From an uncultured Planctomycetaceae bacterium (GTDB lineage Bacteria > Planctomycetota > Planctomycetia > Isosphaerales > Isosphaeraceae), in NCBI GenBank assembly GCA_963833985.1, contig CAWIAD010000002.1, positions 5,728,001-5,792,000 of the forward strand: a DNA stretch of 64,000 nt, given 5' to 3'. The notes beneath the pieces were generated by a model. It was not told the origin of the DNA. It ran no database searches and saw nothing but the letters and a program-made list of their open reading frames with translations. Position numbers and translations under genes: made by a program. Of the stretch, positions 39,176 through 50,283 are shown piece after piece (position 1 is the stretch's first letter; each line of letters starts with the position of its first letter).

Positions 39176-42100
39176 GCAGGCTGCCTTCAGAAGGCGCCGG
39201 GCTGGCTTCTCGGACCTGAACCGTGCCGTCCGCCCCGGCGCTGGCCAGCCGGTTTCCATCAGGGCTGAAGGCGACGCTGGTGACGATGTCGGTGTGACCG
39301 CGGAGAGTGAGCACCTCCTGGCCGCTTTCGGCGTCCCAGAGCCGCACCGTCTGATCCTCGCTGGATGTGGCCAGCCGGCGGCCATCGGGGCTGAAGGCGA
39401 CGCAGAGAACGGACCGCATGTGGCCTTGCAGCATGGTCATCTGAAGGCCGCTGGCCACGTCCCAGACGATGACCGTGGAATCCCAGCTCGCCGAGGCGAG
39501 TCTGCTTCCATCGGGGCTGAAAACCACGTGCGAGACCAGCCGGCTATGGCCGTGAAGCTGGCGGACGACCTTGCCCGAGGCGAGCTCCCAGAGTGTCACC
39601 GTGTTCGTGTTGTCAGCCGTGGCCAGGAACCGTCCATCCGGGCTGATGGCCAGGTCGCGGATCATGCCCGTCGTCATCCCGTCGCTGCGCCAGAGGATCG
39701 CACGGCGATCCAGGTCGAAGACCACCACCAGGCCGTTGGCATAGGTGTCGTTGGGAGCGGCCTCGCCATTATCGAGCCGGGCATGGACCTGTCCCGCGAC
39801 AGCCAGTTTGCGTCCGTCCGGGCTGAAGGCCGCGCTCTGGAACCGGCTGGTCTTCTCATCGAACATGAAGCAGGGTTGCTGGTTCAGGACCCAGCGGATT
39901 TCAACCGAACCGCGCTGCGATGCCGCGGCGACCAGCCGGCTGTCCGGGCTGATGGCAATCCCGTCCACGGTCCGATGCCCATCGAATTCACGGGCGAAGA
40001 CGAGGGTCTGTTCCTTCATGGCCTGCTTCGTTTCCAGCACGGTCAAGAGAGGCTGCACCCGCCCGTTGGCGTTTTCCAGGTTTGCCGCAACGAGCAACCG
40101 GTGCCCGTCGGGGAAGAAAGCGACTCGCGCGATGGGACCGATTTCACCGTGCCATGCGAGCAGCTCGGGATCGCGGTCGGCCTCCCAGATCTTGAGAGTT
40201 TGATCGGAGCTGCCGGAGACGAGGTGGCGGCCGTCGGGGCTGAAGGTCACGCAGTTGACGTTCTGCTTGTGGCCGCGCAGGGTGAACAGCTCGTGGTTGC
40301 CCGCGGTTTCCCAGACCTTGATGGCGCCGTCGGCGCCCCCGCTGGCAAGCCGTCGGCCGTCCGGGCTGAATTCGACATGAAGCACCCAGTCCAGGTGGCC
40401 GGGCAGCGAGCGCAGCAGGTCGCCGGTCGAGGGATCCCAGAGCTTGATGGTCCGATCCCAGCTCGAGGTGGCGATCATGGTTCCGTCAGGATGATAGGCC
40501 ACGCACGTGAGCGGCCCGCTATGGCCGCGGATGGTCCGCACGGGCTCGCCAGTCGCGGCCTTGCGGAGGATCAGCTCGCCCGGCCTGCTGGCGGTCTGCG
40601 GGACGGCCAGCGCGGAGCCGCTCGCCGACGCGAGGATCTGGCCGTCGGGGCTGTAGACAAGTCCGGTGACGCTCTGGGTGTGACCGGAAAGCTGGCGCAG
40701 CAGGTGGCCCGTCGCGGCGTTCCAGCAGCGGACCACGCCACGCCCGCGCATGTGGTCGACCTCTTCCAGCGGCGGATAGCCGTGGCCCGAGGCGAGCATC
40801 TCGCCATCGGGGCTGTACGCCAGCGCATACACCGAGTCGCGGCACTTTGGTAAGGTGCGCACCAGCGCCCCGGTGTCTGTATTCCAGATGAGGATGTCCC
40901 CGCCGTCTCCGCCGGAGGCCAGCAAGTGGCCCCGGGGCTGGAACGCCAGCGACAGGGCATAGTGCTTGTGCCGTCCCAGCAGCCTGATCGCCTGGCCGGT
41001 GGCCGCGTCCCAGAGCCTGATGCTGCCGTCCCTGCTCGCCGAGGCCAGCCTCCGGCCATCCGGACTGTACCGCACGCAGGTGACCGACCAGGACTGCGAG
41101 GACGGCGGGGCGTGGTTCACGGAGAGCAGGGCGTGATGGCACTGGCTCATCAGGTACCGCCATTCCCAGCCCCGCAGGGTGGGCGGGCAGTCCTCCAGCA
41201 AGCGTTCCGCCCGATCAATATTGTTGGCCGACCATTCGCGCTCGGCCAGCGCCATGCGATGGAAGTAGAGAAAGCTCTCGGCGCGGAGACGCTGGCGGCC
41301 CTCGGCGGAGAGCGCTTGCTCGGTGGTCTGGAAGAGGTATTCCAGCCGCACGTGGTAGCGATAGCCAACGGCCAGCACGAAAATGGCCAGCACGGTGACC
41401 ACTCCCATGAGCCCGAGCGCTGCCTCCATGGGCCTGCACCGCGCCCGCCGCAAGCAGCGCTCGAAGAGGCTGATCGGTCGTGCCCGGACGGGTTCTCCCT
41501 CCAGGAAGTGGCGCAGGTCGCCGGCGAGCTCGCGGGCCGAGTCGTAGCGTTGCCTCGGGTCCTTGGCCATCGCCTTCATGCAGATGCTTTCCAGGTCGCG
41601 CGGCAGGGAGGCCACCAGCCGGCGCGGGCTGCGCGGCTCGGTGTCGATCACGCGCGAGAGCACCTCATGGCGGCTACCCGCGAAGGGGATCGTCCCGGTC
41701 AGCAGCTCGTAGAGCACGACACCCAGGCTGTAGATGTCAGTGCGATGATCGACGGCCAGCGCACGGTTGCGTCCCGCGGCTTGCTCCGGGCTCATGTAGG
41801 CGGGGGTGCCGATGATGGCCCCATCGTGAGTGAGCTGGGTTGCCTCCTGATCCAGGTAGGCCAGGCCAAAATCAACGATCCGGGGCTCGCCCGGCCACAG
41901 CGTGCTCGACTTTCCGCCATGGGTGATTGGCCCAACCGCATCAGGATCAAGCATGATGTTACCCGGCTTGATATCCCGATGGATGGCACCCATGGAGTGA
42001 GCATAATCAAGCGCGTCGGCAATGCGGGCAACCAGCTCGGCGACCGTGCCGTGAGCCAGGCGGCGGGTGGCCATCAGCTCGCGCAGCGAGGTTCCGGTCA

Positions 42101-42764
42101 CGAAGTCGCACACCATGACCGGCAGGCCATCCAGGACGGGAACTTCGTGCACCGTCACGATGCCTGGGTGGCGAAGCTGCGCCGCCGCCCGCACTTCGCG
42201 AAAGAACCGCGCGATGTCCTCGTTGCTCTCGATCACGTGCGGATGTGGCACCTTCAGCGCCACGATCCGGTTGAGCCGCACGTCGAAGGCCCGCCAGACG
42301 GTACCGAACCCGCCGACGCCCACCCGTTCCAGAAGCTGGAACGAGCCGAGCCGCCGGGGCTGGCTGTCCGTGACCGGCGGATCCGTGGTGGCATCGACCT
42401 CACCCGAGGAACGAACGAAACTCGCTTGCGTGCTGCCGTCGGTTTCGTCCTGGTCTTGCCCTGCGGGCATCGGGCGAAGCTGGGCCTCCAGCCACCGAAC
42501 ATCAAGCTCGCCGAGCCACTCCTGGTAGTCATCCGGCCGCGCTCGCTCGCCATGCTGCCTGCGGTACTCAATATCCAGGAGCACCAGTTCCTGGAGCAAG
42601 AACCGCCTCTCGGAGTCCGCTTCCGCCTCGACAAACGACTCGATGCGCGGCCGCTGCCGGGAATTCCAGGCGGATTCGAAGCTGTCGCAAACCTGGTCGA
42701 TGCGCCGGAGTTGCGCGTCGCTCAAGTCATCCACGCTCAGTGGCGCCCGCACGCCAACGCTCAT
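39162..42764 (-). CDS. Ser/Thr protein kinase with WD40 repeats
   Basis: IDQVCDSFE, GVGGFGTVW, HRDIKPGN, DFGLA, one TM segment, LRGWEWRYL, then many GH...WD repeats. Confidence 0.95.
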   Translation of the reverse strand: MSVGVRAPLSVDDLSDAQLRRIDQVCDSFESAWNSRQRPRIESFVEAEADSERRFLLQELVLLDIEYRRQHGERARPDDYQEWLGELDVRWLEAQLRPMPAGQDQDETDGSTQASFVRSSGEVDATTDPPVTDSQPRRLGSFQLLERVGVGGFGTVWRAFDVRLNRIVALKVPHPHVIESNEDIARFFREVRAAAQLRHPGIVTVHEVPVLDGLPVMVCDFVTGTSLRELMATRRLAHGTVAELVARIADALDYAHSMGAIHRDIKPGNIMLDPDAVGPITHGGKSSTLWPGEPRIVDFGLAYLDQEATQLTHDGAIIGTPAYMSPEQAAGRNRALAVDHRTDIYSLGVVLYELLTGTIPFAGSRHEVLSRVIDTEPRSPRRLVASLPRDLESICMKAMAKDPRQRYDSARELAGDLRHFLEGEPVRARPISLFERCLRRARCRPMEAALGLMGVVTVLAIFVLAVGYRYHVRLEYLFQTTEQALSAEGRQRLRAESFLYFHRMALAEREWSANNIDRAERLLEDCPPTLRGWEWRYLMSQCHHALLSVNHAPPSSQSWSVTCVRYSPDGRRLASASRDGSIRLWDAATGQAIRLLGRHKHYALSLAFQPRGHLLASGGDGGDILIWNTDTGALVRTLPKCRDSVYALAYSPDGEMLASGHGYPPLEEVDHMRGRGVVRCWNAATGHLLRQLSGHTQSVTGLVYSPDGQILASASGSALAVPQTASRPGELILRKAATGEPVRTIRGHSGPLTCVAYHPDGTMIATSSWDRTIKLWDPSTGDLLRSLPGHLDWVLHVEFSPDGRRLASGGADGAIKVWETAGNHELFTLRGHKQNVNCVTFSPDGRHLVSGSSDQTLKIWEADRDPELLAWHGEIGPIARVAFFPDGHRLLVAANLENANGRVQPLLTVLETKQAMKEQTLVFAREFDGHRTVDGIAISPDSRLVAAASQRGSVEIRWVLNQQPCFMFDEKTSRFQSAAFSPDGRKLAVAGQVHARLDNGEAAPNDTYANGLVVVFDLDRRAILWRSDGMTTGMIRDLAISPDGRFLATADNTNTVTLWELASGKVVRQLHGHSRLVSHVVFSPDGSRLASASWDSTVIVWDVASGLQMTMLQGHMRSVLCVAFSPDGRRLATSSEDQTVRLWDAESGQEVLTLRGHTDIVTSVAFSPDGNRLASAGADGTVQVREASPAPSEGSLLTPP

Positions 42765-43375
42765 GACAGAGCATCTCCCAGTTTCCAGAGCTTGCGCATG
42801 AGCTGAAGCTTGCGTTCGACCGTCCTGGACGTGCATCCGAGCTTGGAGGCAATCTCCTCGGTGGTGAACCCCTCCATTTTCCAGAGGGCAATGGCGCGGA
42901 GGATGGAATCGCTGATGGAGTCGAGCAGGCGCTGGCATTCCTCGGCGATCTGCAAGCTGTACTGAGGGTCGGGCTCGCGACCGATCAATTCCGCGAGTGC
43001 CGCCTCGGCATCGCTCTGGGTATTCACGCCGGCGGACTGGACCTCCAGCAGTCTGGCACCGCCGCGCTTGACGCGGCGCTCGTGGCGCAGCAGGTCGACG
43101 GCCTTATTCCTCGTGAGTGCCAGGAGCAAGGGCCACGGGTCAGCGTGGTCAGCGGCATGCGGGAACCGACCGTCCTTCGTGCCCCGGCAGAAACTCTTGA
43201 ACGCACTCAGGGCAACGTCTTCCTCGTCGGCCATGCGGCCGGGGGCGTTCTGCAACCTGGTCCGGGCCGCCTTCACCATCCTAAGGAAATAGGTGTTCCA
43301 GAGGTGCTGAGCCGCCTGAGGATCGCCCTCCTTGAGCTGCGCCACCCAGACCCCAACAGGAGCCAGTGAGCTCAT
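42761..43375 (-). CDS. ECF-type sigma factor, kinase-linked
   Basis: DEEDVALSAFKSF and MEGFTTEEIASKLGCTSRTVERKL; stop overlaps the kinase ATG. Confidence 0.93.
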   Translation of the reverse strand: MSSLAPVGVWVAQLKEGDPQAAQHLWNTYFLRMVKAARTRLQNAPGRMADEEDVALSAFKSFCRGTKDGRFPHAADHADPWPLLLALTRNKAVDLLRHERRVKRGGARLLEVQSAGVNTQSDAEAALAELIGREPDPQYSLQIAEECQRLLDSISDSILRAIALWKMEGFTTEEIASKLGCTSRTVERKLQLMRKLWKLGDALS

Positions 43376-43789
43376 GGGAGAAAACGCTCCGATGGAGCGA
43401 AGAAGCTGCACGGAACCGACAGCACGGAACGCACGAATACTCGCAAAACTCGACCGCCGACAATGCCGTGAAACGTGCGAAGGCACAACCCAAAGAAAGC
43501 GTGTCGGGCAATCGACAAGATTTGACGAGCTCATTACAGACGTCATTCTGGCTGCGAGGCCAGTGGTTTGTCAACCTTTCGCAGTGCGGCTCTCGTCCAG
43601 GCCTATGGCTGCACCCGGTGCTGTTTTTTCCGCGGCATACGCGGTTGACCGGGGGCCGACCAGGTTGCGCGATCGCCGTTCAAGTCGCTACCATTTATTC
43701 ATTGTCAACGCGTCGTCGTTCTGAGGCTCAGGCCTGATTCTTCTGGCTCAACCCATACTAGCTCCACCAGATGAGTGGACGGAGGATCC

Positions 43790-44008
43790 ATGCGCTCTCT
43801 CAGAAAGGTCCAGGTTACCGCCCTATCGATGAGCACGGCTTTTGCGCTGGCCATCCTCCTCTCCGGCTGTGATGCGCCGGGCAGCCAGGCGACGGAGACG
43901 AAGCCGATCCAGTCCGACATCCTCAAGAAGCTGGGCGCCGCGAGCAAGGAACAGGGCCAGACCGCACAGGGCAAACTGCCTGCTCGAGTCAAGAAGAAGG
44001 CCAAGTGA
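43790..44008 (+). CDS. Small lipoprotein
   Basis: GGAGG RBS, lipobox LLSG-C, Lys-rich tail. Confidence 0.75.
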   Translation: MRSLRKVQVTALSMSTAFALAILLSGCDAPGSQATETKPIQSDILKKLGAASKEQGQTAQGKLPARVKKKAK

Positions 44009-44156
44009 GCATGCCGTACCAGTGCTTCCACGGGCTTCCCGGGCCGCGGCCTGGGGTGGTTTGTGCGACCACACTGTCTTCTCCCAGGTCACTTCGTACA
44101 CATCGATCTGAAAGCTGTTTCGCATGTCTTTCATTTTCATGAGGAGGGATATTCTC

Positions 44157-45305
44157 GTGAGCCAGTCCCGTCACCGCGGCTTCACCCTGATCGAGCTTCT
44201 GGTGGTCATCGCCATCATCGCTGTTTTGATTTCCCTCTTGCTGCCGGCCGTGCAGTCCGCCCGCGAGGCCGCGCGCCGGGCGCAATGCGTGAACAACCTC
44301 AAGCAAATTGGCCTGGCGATGCACAACTATCACACGGGCATGGGTGTCTTCCCCCTGGGAAGCAGCATCGCGCCGCAGCAAGACGTTCCGAATCAACAAT
44401 CCATCTGGTCCGCGTGGAGCGCCCAGGCCATGATGCTGGGCTTCCTGGACCAGTCGCCGATCTACAATTCCTGCAATTTCTCGTGGGCGGTCCTCGACAC
44501 GAGCAACTTCAGCGGGTCGGCGAACGTGGCTTCCTCCTCGAACTACAACCAGACCGTGCTGTACACGAACCTGGCGATCTTCATGTGCCCGTCCGACCCG
44601 AACGTCGGTCAGCGCCAGAACAACAACAGCTACGCCGCCTCGTACGGCGCCACGACTTCCGGATGCTACAACTGGAACTCCAACGCCTCGGTGAACTGGG
44701 TGAGCCTGGAGAACCCCGGTGAATCGACGGGAGTTTTCACCATCGGCAAGTGCTACGGCCTTCAGAGCATCATCGACGGCTCGTCGAACACGGTTGCCTA
44801 TTCCGAAGCCCTGGTGGGCGACTCCAACGGCAGCGAGTTCGCCGGCAATACCACCAACCCCAGCCGCTACCGGGGCAATTACATCACCGGCAGCGTGACC
44901 ACGGCCGCCGGCGCCGAGAAGATGCTCAATATCCAGGGGAGCGCAGCGCTCATCTTCCAGTCGCTCCAGGAGTGCCAGAACGCCTTCCAGACCTCGCTCA
45001 CCTCCATCCAGGACGACCGCGGCTTCCGCTGGTGCATGGGAACCACCGGCTGGTCCATGTTCAACACGGTCCAGCTTCCCAGCGACCCGAAATATCCCAA
45101 CGGGGGCTGCCGCGACGGCGGCACACCCGGCCAGTTCCCCAATGACGGCTTCAGCTACGGGGCCAGCAGCACGCACCCGGGCGGGGCCAACGTTCTCTTT
45201 GGTGATGGATCAGTCAAGTTCATCAAGAGCTCCATCAGTTACCAGACCTGGTGGTCGCTGGGGACGCGGAACGGGGGCGAGGTCATCAGCGCCGACGCCT
45301 ATTGA
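44157..45305 (+). CDS. DUF1559 prepilin-type N-terminal cleavage/H-X9-DG protein
   Basis: [40 protein letters not shown] and [14 protein letters not shown] motifs. Confidence 0.96.
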   Translation: MSQSRHRGFTLIELLVVIAIIAVLISLLLPAVQSAREAARRAQCVNNLKQIGLAMHNYHTGMGVFPLGSSIAPQQDVPNQQSIWSAWSAQAMMLGFLDQSPIYNSCNFSWAVLDTSNFSGSANVASSSNYNQTVLYTNLAIFMCPSDPNVGQRQNNNSYAASYGATTSGCYNWNSNASVNWVSLENPGESTGVFTIGKCYGLQSIIDGSSNTVAYSEALVGDSNGSEFAGNTTNPSRYRGNYITGSVTTAAGAEKMLNIQGSAALIFQSLQECQNAFQTSLTSIQDDRGFRWCMGTTGWSMFNTVQLPSDPKYPNGGCRDGGTPGQFPNDGFSYGASSTHPGGANVLFGDGSVKFIKSSISYQTWWSLGTRNGGEVISADAY

Positions 45306-45389
45306 CTGGGAAACCGTCCGTGCTGAACTCCCCACCTCGGTCGACGGCAATCGAGCACTTGCCGCCTGGTCCACACGAGAACCACGATG

Positions 45390-48368
45390 CCGATCGCGGC
45401 GGGCATCGTGGTTCTCGCCGCGCGCCCGGAGATCGAACCGATTGCGCCGCACCTTGTCCATCGCCCTTGGCGCCCTGCTCGCCGCCGGCGGCGCACTCTG
45501 GAGCATTGACGCCTGGCGGCTGCGGACGGAGTGGCAGGAAGCCCGGCGCGACATGGCCCGCGGCAGGCCGGCCACGGCGCGAGCCAGGCTGATCCGCCTG
45601 GCCGGGCGCTGGCCGCAAAGTGGAGAGGTCCATTACGACCTTGGGCTCTGCGAGCTGGCCCTGGGCCATGCGGATCGCGCCGAGACGGCCTGGGAGAAGA
45701 TTCCCCCCGGATCGCCGCACGCCGCTCGCGCCTCCATGCTGCGGCGCGCGAGGTGCTCAAGAAACACCGGTTCTCGTCCGCGGAGCCACTCCTGGTCCTC
45801 GCGCTGCGCGACCCGGGCGAACTTGGAAAGGAGGCACAGGAGACACTTGTTCACATCTACAAGCTTCAGGGGCGCTTCGACGAAGCCCGTCGGCTGGTTC
45901 GCGCCGGGTGGGAACGCTACGACCGTGTGGGCACCATCCAGGAGCTGGTGAGGCTGGACACGTCCAACCCGATCCCCATCGAGAAGGCTCGGCCCCTGCT
46001 TCAGCAAGCCGCCCAGTCCGCACCGGACGACGACCGCATCTGGCTGGGCCTTGCCAGCCTGGCGACCAGGCAGGGACGGTTCGAAGAAGCCAGGCGCTTG
46101 CTGGACCGCTGCGTGGACCGCCGGCCCGGGGATTCCGCTGTGTGGCGCGTGCGGCTGGACTGGGCCTCTTCGGCCGAGAACGAGCACGAGGTCCGGACCG
46201 CCCTGGCGCACCTGCCGCCCGACGCGCTCTCCCCCAAAGAGCAGCTCACGCTTCGCGCCTGGTTTGCCCACCGCGCTGGAGACACCGTGCGCGAGCGCCG
46301 CGCCCTGGAAGACCTGGTTGCGTGCGACCCCGGGGCGCTGGCGGCGATGGAAAGCCTCGCGGAGCTGTTGCTCCGCAACGGAGAAGCGGAACGGGCCAGG
46401 CAGCTACGCGCGCGGCGCGGCGAGCTGGAACGGACGCTCGACTGGTACATGTTCCATATCTTCCCCGAAGATCGGCTCGAGCACGCCGTGGAGCTGGCCA
46501 GGGCGGCGGAAACCGTCGGCCGTCGGTTCGAGGCACAGTGCTGGTGGAGGCTTGCGGCCGAGAAGCCGTCTCAGTCCGCCCAGGCTCGGGTTGAACTGGC
46601 CCGGCTTGATCGTGAGGATCAGGCTGCCGAGAGCGCGGCCTCCAGGTACACCCTGGCTGCGCTGCTTGCCGAGTTGCGTACCGAGGCGGCACCCGAGCAA
46701 GAGCAGCGCGTTCCGGAATCCAGCGGAGCGCCGCCCCGGTTCAGGGACGACGCCGCTGCCAGCGGCCTGGCCTTCACGTTCGATAACGGGCTGGAGAAAC
46801 TGCACCAGATTCCCGAAACGATGAGCGGCGGGGTGGGCCTGCTCGATTTTGACGGCGATGGCTGGCTCGACGTCTACGTCGTGCAGGGAGGCAGGTTTCC
46901 GCCCGGCCGGGACGCGGCCGGCTCCGGCGATCGCCTCTTCCGGAACCGGGGCAATGGCACATTTGAAGACGTGAGCGAGCGATCGGGAATTGCCGCACTG
47001 CCGCGCGGCTATGGCCACGGCGTCACCGTGGGCGACTACGACAACGACGGCCATCCCGACCTGTTCCTCACGCGCTGGCGTTCCTACGCGATCTTCCGTA
47101 ACAAGGGCGACGGCACGTTCGAGGATGCCACTGCCCGGGCAGGACTTGCGGGCCAGCGCGACTGGCCCACCTCGGCGGCTTTCGCGGACCTGGACGGCGA
47201 CGGCGACCTCGATCTTTACGTGTGCCACTACCTGAGCTGGGACAGCGATCACCCGCGGCCCTGCTGGGACCGCGTCCACAACGTGTTTGCATTCTGCGGA
47301 CCGCCCGAGTTTCCCTCCCTGCCCGATCATCTCTTCCGCAATGACGGCGGCCGTTTCGTGGACGTCTCGGGCGAGGCCGGAATCATCGACCGGACCGGCG
47401 AGGGGCTTGGCGTGGTGGCGGCCGACCTGAACGGCGACGGTCGGGTTGACCTGTTCGTCGCCAACGACCAGTCGGCGAAGTTCCTCTTCCTGAACCGGGG
47501 CGGCATGCACTTCGAGGAGGTGGGCCACGAGGCGGGAGTGGCCAGTAATAATGCGGGCGTTTACACGGCAAGCATGGGGGTTGCCTGCGGAGACGTCAAT
47601 GGCGACGGCCTGCCCGACCTGGCTGTCACGAACTTCTACAACGAATACACGGCGCTCTACAAGAACCTGGACGACGGCGTGTTCAGCGACCATTCGTCCG
47701 AGCTCGGTCTGGCCATTCCGAGCCGCTACCGGCTTGGCTTCGGGATGGCGTTTCTGGATTTCAACAACGACGGCTGGCTGGACCTGGTGACCGCCAACGG
47801 CCATGTCGACGACAACCGCAGCGACGTTCCCCAGCGCATGCCGGCTCAGCTCTTTGCCGGCACCATGGGCGGCCAGCGACTGAGGGATGTGACCGACCGC
47901 GCCGGGGCACCCTTTCAGGTTCCCCTGCTTGGCCGCGGGCTGGCGGCCGGCGACCTGGATAATGACGGACGGGTCGACTTCCTGATCCTCGCGCAGAACC
48001 AGCCGCTCTCCTACTTCCACAACCTGACCGAGGGCGGGCACTGGATCACCTTGCGGCTGGAAGGTCGTGGCCGTTCCAACCGTGACGCCGTCGGTGCCCG
48101 GGTCGTCGTGAGCGCGGGCGGCCGGCGCCACTTCGGCTGGCGCACCGGCGGGGGAAGCTACCAGTCCGCAGCGGACCCGCGACTCCACTTCGGCCTGGGC
48201 CAGGCGGTGCGCGTCGATTCCCTGGAAGTCACCTGGCCATCGGGAAAGGTCGAGCGATTCGCCGATCTCGCCGTGGACTGCGGCCACCTGCTCCGCGAGG
48301 GTGACGCTTTGCCCCAAGAACTGGCCGGCTATCCAATCAAACCTGCCGGAACCGAGGCCAGGGACTGA
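45390..48368 (+). CDS. TPR + FG-GAP/CRTAC1 (ASPIC/UnbV) protein; frameshift near 45744, start uncertain
   Basis: TM segment and TPRs, ETMSGGVGLLDFDGDGWLD, repeated DxDxDG motifs, GGGSYQSA...LHFGLG. Confidence 0.88.
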
Positions 48369-48377
48369 AGGTTCAAC

Positions 48378-50267
48378 GTGGCCATGCGCAGGAACGCGAG
48401 ACGACTCTGGGCTGGAGCCGCGCTGGTTGCGCTCCTTGGGACCGGAGTACTCCTCCTCTGGGGACAGCGGGGCCAGCCGTCAGCCACGCCTCTTGATGAT
48501 AGTTCCCGGGCCTATGACGCGGGCGATTGGGAAGTGGCCGCGACTGCGGCACGGCGGCATCTCGCGGCGCACAGGAACGACCCGGCGGCCATCCGCCTGC
48601 TCGCACGCTCTTCGATCCGGCTGGCCCGCGACTCGATCGCCCAGCCGCTCTACCAGCGGCTTGCTCCCGAGTTGCTGGGTGCCGAGGACCTGTACCTCAT
48701 GGGCTCGGTGATGCAGCGCGCCGGCGACAGGATGGGGAGCATCAGGTTCTGGGAACAAGCCCTGCCGCTCCAGCCCGACCACTCCGAGGCGCTCTTCGCC
48801 CTGGGCAGCCGCTATCTTGAAGGCGAGCAGTACCACATTGCGGCGCAGGCTGCATCGCGTCTGGCGGCATTGCCGGAATGGCGGTGTCAAGCGGACAACC
48901 TGCTGGGCAAGATCCACGCGGCACAGAACGACGCCGCCGGTGCGATCGATTGCTGGGAGCGAGCCCTACGTTCCTGGCCCAGCCAGAGCGACCCCGGCGC
49001 AACGATCGCAATGCGGCTTGACCTGGCACGAGCGCACCTGCGCATGCGGCAGCCGGCCCGGGCGCGATCGCAGTTGCGGGCAGTGCTCGAGCTTGGGCCG
49101 AACCCGGAGGCATCCTGGCTGCTCAGCCGCGCCTTGCTCCAGGAGGGCTCGGTCACCGGGGCGATGAAGGCTCTGGAAGACGCCGCCACGTACGCCGTTC
49201 TCGATCCCACCCGGTTCGAACCAGCGCCTTACGTGGGTGCGGCGCGGTGCTCGTACTGCCACTTCAGCAAGTATCAAGCCCAGCGCGTGACACGGCACGC
49301 CCGGACGTTCCACCGCCCGGCCGCCTTGACCAGCCTGTCTCTCGCTGCGCCCAGCATCGCCGACCCCGCGGAGGCGAAGGTGGCCCATACGCTACGGATG
49401 GCGAACGGCAGGCTGGTGCAAGAAACGCACGTCGAAGACCGGATATTCCGGGCGGTCGTCGACTATGCGTTCGGGTCCGGCGATATCGGTCGGTCGCTGA
49501 TCGGCCGGGACGAGGCGGGCAAGGTCAGGGAGCTGCGCCTCTCGGTCTACCAGGCGGAATCGCGCCTTCTCTGGGATGTGACGCCTGGCCAGCCGGCCCA
49601 CCCGCCCGCCGCTGAAGATTACCTGGGGGTGCCCATGACGCCCGATCATCTGTATGGGTGCTTTGGTTGTCACGTCACAAGCCCGCGCGCCGTGCTTCAG
49701 GGGACAGGGCCGGAGGCGGACGACGTTGCGATCGGCTGCGAGAAGTGCCACGGCCCGGGAGGCAACCACCTGCTGGCCGTTGATCGCAGGTTTCCCGACC
49801 TGGCGATCGGCCGGCCCGCCCTGGTCTCGGGCTTGCCTGTGGTGAAGATCTGCGCACAGTGCCACAACGGAAGGAGCGGTGCGCCGGTGCAACCCGGCGA
49901 CCCGGATGCGGTTCATTTCCAGACGGTCACGCTCACATGGAGCCGCTGCTTCACCGAAAGCGACAACAATCTGGACTGCGTGACCTGCCACGACCCGCAC
50001 CAGGATGCTTCCACCGACACGGCCTACTATGAGGCTCGTTGCCTGACCTGCCATGCCAGGTCCGGGAGCCAGACTCCCACGCGCAAGCGCAGACGGCTCG
50101 CGGCTCCGGCGAGTCCTCAGGAGGCCGTCGTCTGTCCCATCAAGCCAGACTCAGGCTGCATCGCGTGCCACATGCCTGCCGTGAAAGGCGCCATCTCACA
50201 CACGTCCCCGACCGATCACTTCATCCGCGTGCATCGGCAGAGCCCGGTCGCGGGCGAAGACGACTGA
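48378..50267 (+). CDS. TPR + multiheme cytochrome c (7 CxxCH)
   Basis: CSYCH, CFGCH, CEKCH, CAQCH, CVTCH, CLTCH and CIACH; TDHFIR terminus. Confidence 0.92.
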   Translation: MAMRRNARRLWAGAALVALLGTGVLLLWGQRGQPSATPLDDSSRAYDAGDWEVAATAARRHLAAHRNDPAAIRLLARSSIRLARDSIAQPLYQRLAPELLGAEDLYLMGSVMQRAGDRMGSIRFWEQALPLQPDHSEALFALGSRYLEGEQYHIAAQAASRLAALPEWRCQADNLLGKIHAAQNDAAGAIDCWERALRSWPSQSDPGATIAMRLDLARAHLRMRQPARARSQLRAVLELGPNPEASWLLSRALLQEGSVTGAMKALEDAATYAVLDPTRFEPAPYVGAARCSYCHFSKYQAQRVTRHARTFHRPAALTSLSLAAPSIADPAEAKVAHTLRMANGRLVQETHVEDRIFRAVVDYAFGSGDIGRSLIGRDEAGKVRELRLSVYQAESRLLWDVTPGQPAHPPAAEDYLGVPMTPDHLYGCFGCHVTSPRAVLQGTGPEADDVAIGCEKCHGPGGNHLLAVDRRFPDLAIGRPALVSGLPVVKICAQCHNGRSGAPVQPGDPDAVHFQTVTLTWSRCFTESDNNLDCVTCHDPHQDASTDTAYYEARCLTCHARSGSQTPTRKRRRLAAPASPQEAVVCPIKPDSGCIACHMPAVKGAISHTSPTDHFIRVHRQSPVAGEDD

Positions 50268-50283
50268 ACCGTCGCTCCGCGCC

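Noticed and set aside
39120..48317. Long antisense ORFs (for example 39120-40853 +, 40926-42806 +, 46404-48317 -)
   Set aside because: Shadow ORFs of high-GC3 genes, with no recognisable motifs.
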